Positions 63,544 through 64,000 of a stretch of 64,000 bases of DNA are shown here, one piece after another. This DNA is from Klebsormidium nitens (Eukaryota; Plantae; Klebsormidiophyceae): assembly GCA_000708835.1 (NCBI GenBank), contig DF237420.1:1-64000 (forward strand), given 5' to 3'. Under the pieces are notes generated by a model. It did no database searches, had not been told where the DNA came from, and saw nothing but the letters and a program-made list of their open reading frames with translations. Numbering within the stretch: the first letter of the stretch is position 1; each line of letters starts with the position of its first letter. The translations under genes were made by a program, and so were the position numbers.

Positions 63544-64000
63544 GTGAGTCTTGCAGCTGATTGATAGTGTTTGAATGAAGCAGCTGCACTTGTTTCTGTA
63601 GCTGGCTTATAGTTTGTTCCTCATCAGTATCAGAGGCAGAGGCCCAAGACGGCAGGACATACACCCCTATGCGAGGAGTTGCCTTTTGCCTCTAAGCCAG
63701 AAGGCAGCTGAGATCTGAGCAACATGGCATCCCAGAAAATGCACGAAAGCGACTCCGAGGATTTCCGTTATATTGAACATACATCAGTCACAGAGAGTGG
63801 TGGGATTTCTATAGTAAGAGCTCATTTCAGCAGAGTTTTAGTTCAGTACACCAAGCGCTGATGTAGGCCACTGCAAATTGCTTGGAGTGACAGGGGCAGC
63901 TAGCAAGGGACTTTTCCAGTTGGGGAGGACGTTTGCCCCTTTGGCTGGCTGCCAATCGATACGAGGAACAAGTCTGCAAGCACTCAGCAGACTTGTCTAC

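Overview
This is eukaryotic, intron-rich genomic DNA, not a prokaryotic window: exons are GC-rich, almost all introns are GT-AG, and there are two N gaps. Gene content and style suggest a streptophyte green alga such as Klebsormidium; that assignment is an inference. By hand-splicing, I reconstructed eight complete genes with phase-consistent exons, plus the first exon of a ninth. In order they are: bestrophin-like channel A (+), plastid acyl-ACP desaturase 1 (-), MATE/DTX transporter (+), bestrophin-like channel B (-), GH3 acyl-acid-amido synthetase (+), TRIC/TMEM38-like channel (-), ILR1/IAR3/ILL-like M20D amidohydrolase with signal peptide and KEEL (+), a divergent acyl-ACP desaturase 2 (-), and a CYP72-clan-like P450 that runs off the window (+). 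No unrelated housekeeping gene was found between them, and strands alternate strictly, giving four head-to-head pairs. The main hypothesis is a candidate biosynthetic or signalling gene cluster for an unusual fatty-acyl amino-acid conjugate. It would combine desaturation, oxidation, conjugation, deconjugation and transport with co-clustered ion channels, resembling jasmonate or auxin conjugate metabolism. A second pervasive feature is decaying tandem copies of splice junctions plus exon ends ('exon echoes') inside introns of five genes. Two MITE-like elements, an intronic foldback and a short telobox-like dispersed repeat are also present.
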